Source of the DNA: Klebsormidium nitens | Taxonomy: Eukaryota; Plantae; Klebsormidiophyceae | Direction: 5' to 3' | Length of the DNA: 64,000 nt | NCBI GenBank assembly: GCA_000708835.1 | Contig: DF237342.1 | Span: 1-64,000 of the forward strand | Shown here: one piece after another, positions 1-11,141 of the stretch | Layout: the number at the start of each line of letters is the position of its first letter | Numbering within the stretch: position 1 is the first letter of the stretch | Position numbers and translations under genes: made by a program | The notes under the pieces: generated by a model | What the model saw: the letters and a program-made list of their open reading frames with translations, nothing else | Database searches by the model: none | What the model was told of the DNA's origin: nothing

Positions 1-167
1 AAGAAGGCAAGAAAGCAACAATTTTTCTGAGAGGCGCTCTTGCTGAAGGTGAACCTAAGTTGGGCTGAAAAGCTGGGCATGGATTCCGCACATGTCTAGC
101 AGACGGGCAGCGTTGAAACCCGTCCAACCGTCACAAGGGGCTGCGGAATCCATGGAAGACGGTATCG

Positions 168-584
168 TTGAACATCACGGATGGAGGCCCACGGCTAGCG
201 CTTTTTGCACTGCTCCCTTCTGGTGGGGACGATGAGGTCAGAGTACTTCGTTGGGGAGACGTCCGCGATCTTGGCTGGGGCTTGAAGCTGAGCACCTTCC
301 GGCTCACACCTGACCATGGACTGGTTAATCCAGGTGGTAACTCAGAAAGCGTGTCATTTACCTTGATCGAAGAGCGCGAGTGGCACTTTCCACGGAGCCG
401 GCGGGGCGACCTGTTTTGGGACGATCATCTGCATCCTGTGGATAACGACGTGCTCATGACGAGCAAAGTGGAGGGCGTGTGGCACGGGACTCAACAAAAG
501 GTGCGCTTGGTACTGGGGCCTTCCGAGGGCTTCCATCAAGATCAGGGGATGATTATATGGTCCCGCATTTTGCAATCCACATGA
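168..584 (+). CDS. Possible C-terminal exon or fragment of an unknown protein
   Basis: 138-codon ORF with protein-like composition. No recognisable motif, and a stop lies upstream in frame, so it would need an upstream exon. Confidence 0.2.
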   Translation: MNITDGGPRLALFALLPSGGDDEVRVLRWGDVRDLGWGLKLSTFRLTPDHGLVNPGGNSESVSFTLIEEREWHFPRSRRGDLFWDDHLHPVDNDVLMTSKVEGVWHGTQQKVRLVLGPSEGFHQDQGMIIWSRILQST

Positions 585-2063
585 TGCAGAATAATTTGAA
601 AACGGAGTGACAACGCAAGTAGTTGAAGTGTCTGGAAATATGGCGCAAGAGCCAAACCTTCGAAGCCGCGAATGTTGCGGTTGCCGTCACGATGCTGTCC
701 AGATCTCATATATCGCCCTCCCAATCATTGACATGTTCCAAAGTGTCCCAGAAGGCACTGATTTGGATTTAGTAAGCATGGACGATCATAGGGTGCGAAG
801 CTCAACCGCCTTAGTGTATCAAAGCCACATCCTAGCTGGTTGTATTCTGCACGCCGCGCGCCACTGGCTGGCGACTGGCCCGAGCCAAGCAAGCCGGCCC
901 CCAGCCGGCCCGGCCATCGTGCAATCGTGCTCAGCTGCGGTCGCCATCACTGCAGCAACTGAACACCTATATTGAGAAGCGGCTCTGGGAAGACGTACGA
1001 TGGAGATTTACTGATGCAGTGTGCGCCCCCGTGGCCTCCACTTCGCGTGGCAGGCTGCACGGCCATGGTGAAACCACGTACTTTGTACGTTACACATCAT
1101 GATCGTCTCTTCCCAACGACTCTTTATGCACAGCGATGTAGTATATGTTATTTATGCGTTCATAACGAGGCGCGGACATGTCAGATCCAGACATGCATCG
1201 TACATATATGATTGGTCTAACATATCTCATCAATCGACAATTATTAGCCGTGCGCAACTAGCGGCCTCGGTACCGCGTACCTAGTTTGATTTCACAAAGC
1301 TACAGCACGGCATCGACCGGTGGGCCCAACATAAGTTTCTTAGCAAAAAATGTATGGATTTAGGCACTTGCTTAATGAAGTTGCTGCTCGGGCCCGCCTA
1401 CCGTACACGAAATGCACGAAGCTGGACCTGGCGGTGTTGCTCACAAGCTACCTATGGTGGGTCTCGACGGTATCGACCGCGCGACGGTCGGGTCTCAAAT
1501 TTGTATGACCGGTGTCACGCGTCGCGACACATTTTGTACGCAGTACTAACGATCGTACTCGGCCGTACTAGAGAATCGGGTCCGAATTCATGAATCGAGC
1601 TTTTCCTGACATGTCGATCAAACGGGCAATTACGTACTACCCGGAGGTACGGTACCGTCGCGCGAGACTCGAGTCTGCGCGGCCGACAAATTTAAATTAC
1701 ATGGTCTTGGTCGGAACTTCCGACTTGTACCGTGCACGAGTACCGCGGTACCCAGACTGAAAGAAGAGTGCAGAGATTTGATATAGGAGTGTAAGAGAAG
1801 GCGCTCTTCAAAATCCAACAATGGCGATAATGATGAATAATAACCCGTGTGACATTCTCGGCTGCCCAATCAGAGGGTGAACGACACAAGCGCTTTTCAA
1901 TCAAACTGCAAGTACTGTTTGAATGACGGCTCTTCGCAAGCTCGCTGACTACGGCCGTTTCGAAAAGCTTTGAGTACGCTAGAGCCTTTCTGACGGAAGG
2001 CTAGTTCTAGTGCTCGACTTCAATCAGACAAGACTTCTGAAACTGTTCGGAGCGCATCAGCCG

Positions 2064-5000
2064 TCACCGTTGCTGCTGGAGCCGGACGTGCTCAGTCCGA
2101 ACCTGCAGCAATAAAGGGATGATCTGACTTCAATAACTCGCAAGTGACGTCACCAAGCACAAGACAAACTTTTTAAAAGCAAGAACAGGGACGGAACAGC
2201 GCAAGTGACCGAGAAGAAAGAGACGATAGGGGAAGGACCATGCCGAAAGGTGGATCCAAAACTTTTAACAAGATTGGCAAATATGACAGAGCCAAGCAAG
2301 AGCGAAACATCGTCAGAAAAGAAAAACCATAAAACGAACATTCTTTGGACCCGCTCACCGCTTCTTGCAGTTCTTCGGGCAGCTCCCGGAACCCCTCGTC
2401 GTTCATCAGGTCCCTGTAGTGCGGCGCCAGCGTTGGCACCGCCGCCTCCGCAAAGGCCCACGCCGACATAGCAGCTGCCGCTTGCAAGACTGCCACCGCG
2501 TTCTCTGGTGTCAAGTGCCGCCTAACCTGCTCTAAGCACAGCTTTCCTAAGCGCTCTAACGTCCACCGTTCTGCGAGGTCGGCGGTTTCGACGAAAACGA
2601 CTAAAGACGAGTCGCTGTACCTTGACTTTGACACTGTTTCCAGGTCTGGCGCTGCAGGCGCTCCACGCTGCCCACCTGGTGTCAAGTTCTGCTTCGATCT
2701 CTTCCCCTCGTTCGAAGTTCGGCTATCTGCTACCCTTTCATCTGGCGACGGTTTGACGCCTACTTCAATCTGCCCTTTTAATGAAGGGCTCGCGCGCATT
2801 TGTGGCCTGACTAGTTGTCCTGTGTACAAATAAACTAGAGTCGCGAGCACGGCTGGCTGAGACGTGCTCGGAACCCGAACGACGCCCGAAACGCTGCACA
2901 GGACAAAAAGGAGGCTTGGATCAATCACGACTTAGCGGATATGATCCATGCTGTTGCAACATATTGCAGAAAATCGGATGGTCCCAAAGCAATGTTCGCA
3001 ATGTTCGTGCGAGCTCATAACACCTATTTCAGTACTCGTTTATAATGGAGGGGACGTGATTGAAATCAGCAGGCTCTTGCGAGCAAGAGGGAGAAGAAGG
3101 ACAGGCCAGCACATCAGGTTTCCTGTTCTCAAATTCCCTGACAAACCTTTGCAACAACAACGGAGTCGCTCTTTCAATAGTGCTTTCAAGAACGTGCGGC
3201 CTCACCTGTGACGTTGATGGCAGACAATCAACAACCTGAAAAGTAATTTGATCCCCGTAAACCGGCTTCTTTTTCAAGGTTAAAGGTAAACCCCTCACCT
3301 GTCACGCATCCCCGACCGGAAGAGCGCGCGAAAGTACTCGGAGCGCGCGGACAGAATCACCCGGTGAGCGCGAACGCTCACGGGACGCCCCGCAGCGGCT
3401 GTGGTTTCGCCTGAGGCACCTTCGCTGACGTCATCCGTAGGGGAGTCGATGAGGAGCGTGACGTCACTGCAAGCGCGTGAGCAGAGTGGACCAAAGTGAA
3501 GGAAGAGCAATCCAATGAACGTTATCAGTACACGAAAACGTCTCAGCTTCTCCGCGTTCCCCTTATGCTGAAGATTGAGCACACGGTCTTTGAGAACGAT
3601 TTTCAACCCCAACAAGGACGGTTCTCTCACCTTCTTTTCGCTCAAAGCAGACGCGATGTAGACTACAAATCCCGCATACATATCTCTACTACTCGATTGC
3701 CGTAAGCTTACGAACAGCACAAGAACGAGACTCCAACCAGATGATGTCAACGTGGCTCTAGTTGTCAGAGACCACAGCGCCTCCCTTAAGCAGCGATGCA
3801 TCAGTGCACTCCGCGCTTGGACCACTGATGAAGGAGAACGGACGATCCAGAAAGACGGAGCCTCCCTCCCACGATGCATACATACTTGACATGTTCAAAG
3901 GCTTTGAGCTTCCAGGTAGAATGATCGGTCTTCGCTAGTGGCGCCCAGTTGGAAAATTTGAGTTGGTTTGCGTGTAGGTTGAGATAGATCAGTTCCCCGG
4001 GCTCAAACAAACTGAAAATCTAGACCCAAAATTAACAGGCTCCGCACCCGAACCCACCCTAAACCCCCAAAGCAACCTCACACGTCCCACGGGCATGACA
4101 GAACTCAATATAGCCGTGCTTCAACATAAAATCGAGACTACTCCCGGTTGGAGGACCCTTGAACCCTAAAATCCAAAAATCCAAAAACCGACTCACCATT
4201 GCGCCAGCCCGACCGCAGTCCTCAGCGCCCCCCCCAAAGTATACCCCGGTGGCCGATCCCCCGGGAATGGCCGCCGGCGCTCCAGCAACCCCACCAAATC
4301 CTCCAGCTCGCACTTCTTCGCAAGCACCAGTAAGTCCCGTTTCAGCTCCCCCTTTACAGGGCCTTCCAGCGCCAGCCACCCGCTATATATGTACTCCAGT
4401 AGCAGCGCAAAGGCCTTGTACGAGACGCGGTTCGACAGCTGCACGACTCGCGTTGCAGGAGACGCTTCGGACTCGGCCGGAACTCCGTTCCGGTCTGCAG
4501 ATTGCTCCAAGGGGGCGGAGCTTTGACGAACGGACTCAGCGGCCGCTGGTTGCTCCTCCTTCGCTCTCTCAGCCGTTAATTCCGATGTCATCGCGAGCAG
4601 GACGGGACATCGAGCGGCCAGGATCGCTCGATGGGCGCCGGCGCTCTGCCCGTCCGAAAATTTGAACAAGACGTCCGGATCGTCCGCACTTTGCAGAACC
4701 GCGCCCACTTCCCCTCCCAGCCGGGACGGGCATCCATAGCCCCCCATTTCGGCGAGCGCCCGCGCCGCCCAGCACCTTGCGCCCCACGAGAACCTGTGGC
4801 CCCCGCAGACCCGCTCTAGTTGCTTCCGGAGACTCCCGCACAGAACCGCACACAACGGCTCGGTCAGAAGTGCCCCACTCGAGTAATGTGCCCACCAAAG
4901 TTGCCAGCATTCTGAAGCTCCAGCACTTGTTCCGCTTGATTCCGTCCGCATAACGGATCCGTCTCCCGCAGGGGGTGACTTCTGCGTGAAAATCGGCCCC

Positions 5001-8000
5001 CCCGGGGCGGCTTTCCGGACGGTTTCAGACGGGAACGGCTCGACGGACACACGCCAGCGTCCGTACATCCCGCAGAACGCCTGGAGCGCCGCGAGCAGCA
5101 GGCCGTCCTTTCCTTCCCACGCCTCCAAAATTTCGCTCGTTCTAGTTTCCAAACCCTCGCTCTCTCCAGATTCCAGGCTCTCAGGATCTGTACTTCCAAG
5201 ACTGAGGGCTCGCAGCTTTGGTAATTCGGGGGTTGGGGGTTCAGGGGTTGGTGTTTTGGGGTGTGCGCTTTTGCGGTCAAGAGTTTGGGCCGGGGTTTTG
5301 GTGTCAGCGACATCGTTGTTCGACTCCAGGTTACTTCTGGTATCCCGTGAACCAAGGGAGGCCTTGGATTCCGGGGCTGTTCGTGGGTTTGTGACCACGG
5401 ACGGGCAGAGGGTCTCGCGGGCAGCAGCAACTGGAACGGCGTCCAACTCTGGGCCGTCCAGCTCAGCGTCCGAAAGATGGTCGTCGTCGTCCGAAAGAGG
5501 TTCCAGGACGCTGTCGAGCTTTAGCGCCAGCAGGATGATGATGCGGATGCCCGTGGCCGCGCTGATCCTGCAGGTTTAGAAACGGCGTTTCAAGATTCAG
5601 CGGGTCGTCTCTGCTTGGGACAATGGTGCCAACTTGGACTAGTTTCCGGTTAGTACGCTGCTTGTGTGAGCTTTTCTCGCCTAATGTTGAAAGAAGATAC
5701 ACACATACTTTTGCCGGCCCATTCCCCTAGTTTCATATACTTGTATCTCTGTCTCGTATCATTTCGACCTCCTCTTCTAGAAACGAGCTGGATAATCATG
5801 ACAAACCCTTCCTCGTCGACCTTCAATGAATCACCCGGATAAACCAACTGCAACCGGGCGGTCGTGGAGAACACTGCTGCGGTGATTGCAACACATGCTT
5901 ATGCTTCGTAATACCTTCAAGAACGGCCACCTATTGACAGAAAAAAGCTGAAAAGTGCCCTGTGCATCACTTCTCAAAGTCAGCCAAACTACTGGCAAAA
6001 GCAGTCCGCAACCGACTCATCTTAAATGTGCCCACCTGAACGGGTCCAGCGCTGCCAGCGCCGCAGCCTTCAGCAGCCCCCCCTCTAGAATCGAGTCCGC
6101 TTCGGCCGTCCGCGCCCCCTGAAAGTAGCCCGCTGGGTCGCCCGGCAGGATACCAATTCTCATTTCCGTCATGCTGGCGTAGTCTTGCATTGCAACGGCA
6201 CGGGCGGCTTTTGAAAGGGAAGGGGTCGGAGAAGAGAGGAGGCTGAGCAGGGCACGGGAGATCTGCAAGGAAGATGAAGTAGAGATTATAAGAAGGGAAC
6301 GGAAGGAACGGGGAGCAACTCCGCATCTACGGAGAAGCACAAAAAGGCGAATCATTTTGACAAGGACCACGGGATAATAACGCAGTTGAGGATCAAAAGG
6401 TCTGCAGCAGAGAGAGGAACGGAGGCCCAGGATAAGCGGCCGAAAGAGTACCGGCTCTCCGTAAAGGATTTTGTGTAAACCAGCGGACCGGAACGCATTA
6501 TAGATGGACTAGCAATGTTTCAGCAGAGCGAGCATGCGGACTTGAGCTTAGGTTCTCCTGCTTATCCGCCGAAAATTAAACGAAATAGACGGCGCAGATA
6601 CAGGGATCCGTCAGGTCAAAGTCGAACCCGTACTCTTACAGACGGCTCTTGCTTCCCGGAAGCACCAATAACACCGACAAAACACAAAGCAGCGCCAGAA
6701 TTGTAAACCAGAGCCAACCAACACAACCGCACGCTTCAGCGTAAACCATCAGCGTAGATCAATGAAGTATGTCGGACCGTACCTCAACCCGTTCCTCCGC
6801 ACTGCCCGCGTCTCCAGGGGAGAAGAAGTAGACCTTGCTGTGAAAATGACTCCTGCAACCACGAACCGCCAGCTCAGTGCACGGTATGAAGTCAATTCGT
6901 GGTAAGGAAAGGGTTGGACGTCCATTGTTTTGTTAACGCGATGAAGAAGATGACGAGACAAGCACTGGGCCTCACCTTGGGGTTCATCCGCGACAGATTT
7001 GAAAACTTCGAAGTAGGATGAACCGTATTTCCGCATGAAAGGTTGGAGAACAAAGACTGCCAGCACAAACGCACGATGGCACGAAGCACTTCGATGCGGC
7101 CCCTTTTCACGAAGGACTCGTGAGCGGTAGCTCAAGACCGAGAAGGTATAGTCAGCAAACGTTTTGCTTGTCTTGAGCGCCAAGCAACCCTTTTCTTCTG
7201 GTGCGTGTGACATGCCTTTCGAGCCACCTCAACCAATTCCACCTGCCAACAATGCGCACATCCCCTATCGAAGCTTGCAGGTTCACAGCTATCCAACGAA
7301 CGCACGGCGGCAATCTCGATGCCCGCAAGTTCCTGCCCAGTGGCTCACCAAACGAGCTTCGGCAGATCCCCACCCGTCTTGCCCGCACTTTTCCCGGCCG
7401 CTTTTCCTTCTGCTCCTTTGCTAACCACGTCTCCTCCCTTGCTACCCCCCCCGGGACCCTTGCTAACCCCGTCCAAACCCTTGCTAAACCCCAAGAGCTC
7501 CACCACCCGCCAGCACGCCCTCCGCGACTGTGGCTCCATATCAGCCATCCTCCGAGGGGGATCCCCCAAAACCTCCCCGCTCCGATCAGACGGCGCCGGC
7601 CAGCCGAGAAGGTTCACGAGGCCTTGTGCGAGCCCCGATGACAGCAGAGCTGAGGCCCAGGCGCTCTCCCGGCGCTGTAACAGGGCCCCGAGCGTTGCCA
7701 GGGTTTCGAGCAACAGGGATTCGTCGGAGTGCGGGGCGGAGAGGATTCGGACGACGGCGCGGGAGAGCGGTCCGCAGTCGAGGAGCGTGTCCGAATTGGA
7801 GAGGGGCTGCAGACGATTTCAGAAGAATTATTCACGCGTTGCAGGAGTGGTTTTCAACAAGAGAGAACAAAACTTGATGCACTGGTTCGTGTTACAAGGA
7901 GTTAGCTGCCTGGGAACTTCTTATTCACGACTAACCCCACCGTTTGACAGCGAATTACTAAAGAGGGGGTGATTATCTTGGACGATCGAGATCCATGTTC

Positions 8001-10024
8001 TCGTTCAACAGACTCTGTCAACGATGTAAGTGGAAGAGACTCATGACAACTCACCGCCAAGGCTGCTAGCAGTCGCAGCGCAGCGCCGCGTGCTTCGTCT
8101 TCTTGACGCTCCAGTTGCTTCATGAGACTGGCGGACAAGAGGGGGCAAACCCTCAGCATTGCCGCCCCGAACTGGCCCTCGGACGCTGCAAAACATGGTT
8201 ACATACTATTGGAAGCAAGACGGAACAGGTCTGAGCACACTCGATAGATATAAAAAGAAAGTCACAACATCAGTACAAACAAGAAGCTGACTGACGGCTC
8301 AGCTGGCCGGTGGTTCGAACGAGCAAGAAGACTAAATCTAGCACAATCCATGAACACATCCAGATTGAATTAATTGAACAATGAAAGAGAAGGGTTCGAG
8401 CTTTCACGGCTTACCCAGGACAGCAGATGCGCTCATTGCCGCCGCGGCCACCCCCCCATCATGGCTCGCCATTGTTTCCCCCAAGACATCCACCCACTCC
8501 AAATCCTCAGCCGCTCGTCTGAGCAACTTCCCAGACTTCTTCACTGCGGCCAGCAGGAGCGCGAGGACGTCTAAAACTACCTGCCGCCCAGTAGTGCCAC
8601 CAGCCTTCCCCAGCGAAAGCTCTAGACTTCCCTGCGCGCTCAACTGCCGCTTCATCCGATCAAGCGCCTGCGCTCTGGTGAAACTGTCAAAGACGTTCTG
8701 AGCGGAGAACGACCGCAGGGGCTGGAACCCTTTCGCTTTGACCTTGGTCCGAGCACCCGGCTTGTCGAGGATCATGAGTAAGAGGGCGGCGGAAGCGTGC
8801 TGTGTCGTAACAACGTCCGTGGCATCGATCAGAGAGGCCAGTGGTACAGCTAGGGAGGGCACCATGGCGTCGCGCCAGGTGGCGAGCTGGGAGGCTGCCA
8901 CATGGCAAGCATGCGCGGCGCGCTGAGCGACTGCGGGGTTTGGGAGACCCAGGAGGAAGTGCAGAGCGGGTACTGCGGAAGATACTGCAACCTGTCGAAG
9001 GAAGATTAGAAGGTAAGTTCGTGGAAACTTTTGTCCACTTTCTTAAGATCCTGGGGAATACTGTCCAGTTACTCGGAGCCCCTTTTACATGGGGGCAGCA
9101 CGTGTAGTCAACCCGATTTCGGGCGGACCAGTCAAAGAAGACCTGAGTCTAGTTCGGAGGCGGTAAGGGGAGCCTGTTCAATTCACGGTGGTCTGAAGAA
9201 ATCAACTTTGAGATGCACATCCGAACCAGATGTCCAGGGTGACTGCGCTTATAGATGGCTGATGCATCATGTGTCTGATGAGCGAACAGTGTTCTCCAAT
9301 GTCTGAACACAACTTCAGGACAAGCAAGGGGTCTCGAAATGGTAAGAGTTTCTTCATACCACATCTGCTTCCCAAAGTTTCCCCAGATATGATATGCAAC
9401 TAGTTGGCTTAACGCAGCTCGTCTTCATCATGTTGAGCACCTCCACCAAGTCAGCTGCCTCACTGACTAACACCCGACAAACAATCTAGGCCAGCCTTGT
9501 GCAAACGCCAATGCTGTCAATGATAAGAATTTACTCCCCAAAAGCACAGCATCTGAAAGGAAATCTTCGACCACCGGGTGATAGACACAAGATGTCTCAG
9601 AATATCAAGGATGGGATGTTCACCTGAATTTTCTTGCTCCATCCTGCATCCCTCTCCACCTCCTTGTAATGCTCGACGAGCGCATCCGCCAGACCCAGGA
9701 TCGCTTTGCTCGCCTGCTGCTGCACAGAAGCATCAGCTACGGACCATGATGGCAATAAGCTATGTCCCTCCTCCAAGACCTTATTGCCACCACCAGCAAA
9801 ACCCAAGGGCAAGGCGGCCTGAAGGCGACTCAGAGCCTGGTCGAGCTTCTGCTCAGCTTCGAGCTCTCGCTGCGTCTTGGGCCGGGACTTGCTAGGCTTC
9901 CGCCCAAACTCTCGCAGAGGAACAACCGGCATGTTATCATTTCATTGTTGCTGCCCCTCAACCTTTGAAGTTTGAAGCTTCTTTCTAGGTCTTCGAAAGT
10001 GGGAAGAGCTACAGCTGTTTGCAT
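2064..10024 (-). CDS. ARM-like plus tandem BTB/POZ domain protein (At1g04390-like), multi-exon
   Basis: Frame-consistent exons 2064-2102 (VRTEHVRLQQQR*), 2359-2893, 3299-3466 (AHRVILSARSEYFRALFRSGMRD) and 4197-5567 (WAARALAEMGGYG...AHRAILAARCPVLL...LLEYIYSG...LLERRRP). Further exons at about 6036-6262, 7345-7720, 8400-8940 and 9600-9910. Motif order matches recalled Arabidopsis At1g04390. The 5' exons and ATG (10024) are approximate. Confidence 0.85.
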
Positions 10025-11141
10025 GAAACCTGCGACCGGAGCTCCGACCTAAAAGTAAGAGATCCACATGCAAGACGTCTTCTCAGCAAGCTAAACATTC
10101 CTAAGTTGCTCGCGCGTACTGTGATGAGCGCTCAAGTTCTCAATTTCCCTGTGCGCGCAGGCGTACTACTTTACTACTACTAGGGTTTCTGCCTCTATCA
10201 CGTTTTAGGTAGATTTAGGGTTCAGGGGCAGAAGTTCGCTTTCTGAACAACTAGAGAAGCAGTAAATCTGGTAATGGCCATCGTCAAAAGCCCGTACTCA
10301 GTAATACTGGTCAAACTTCAAATTATTGGGGGTTTGATTTGCTGACGTCAAAATGCGACACCCAGGCCCCAGGGGAACGTTCAAGGCATCCAACGGTCTA
10401 CACACGCTTTTCGGATCTCGTTACGAGATCTGCCCCTGGTGATCATGCACCGTCGATGTTGCGTATCCCGCCTGCCGCGGCAACAGCTGGCAGATCTGAG
10501 AAACGCACCTCGGAGGAAGCCGACAAAAGACGGCGTCATTCACGAATGTGTCGCCATATGCCTGGCCTCACCACCCGGCATGAGCATTCGTTTGAGGTGT
10601 CGAACGCCCAAAGTGCCCAGCGGAGATAACCCGGGTTGAAAGCTGCCGAAGACAGGGCTACCTAATTTCGCCCGGTTACGTTTGACCGGGGGGTTTGACT
10701 TGGGGAGAAGCCTGGAGAGTCGTGACCAGCTGGGTGACCCTGTCCAGACTTCCGTTGACCTGCGCGCAACTTCATATTCAACCTCTTGTCTCTTTCGCAT
10801 GTGCTCTGTGCTCTTTGCTGGGGCCAAGGTGGAGTCCAAGAAGGAAAGCTGTGGGGGGCGCTGGTTGGAGCCCTTGGAAGTTGGAAGAGACGACTCAGGA
10901 GAGGGTGTGTGGGCTGGGAGATCAGGAGAGACCTCGGGATTCGTTCTTGGCCGGAGTTCTCTTGTCGACATCAAATCAAGCTGAGAAGAAGATCAGGGTG
11001 TCCTGCACTTGTGTGGTTTCTGAGCTACTAACACTTCACGCCAGGAGCTCGTCAAGGCCATCTGCAAAACTGGCAAACCACAAGAGAGAAGGGTCGGGGT
11101 CATGGAGTCCTCCGCCTGTGCGGGGGCTCCGCCATCCCAAG

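Noticed and set aside
4159-5579. Long plus-strand ORFs (4159-4665, 4986-5579) and similar ORFs at 7319-7972, 29286-29759, 48042-49028, 50178-51257 and 53332-53970
   Set aside because: These are antisense or off-frame shadows of GC-rich coding exons, with Pro/Ser/Arg-rich, motif-less translations.
8295-8325. ggttcgaa T-loop-like motif as a tRNA
   Set aside because: No acceptor, D or anticodon stems can be folded around it.
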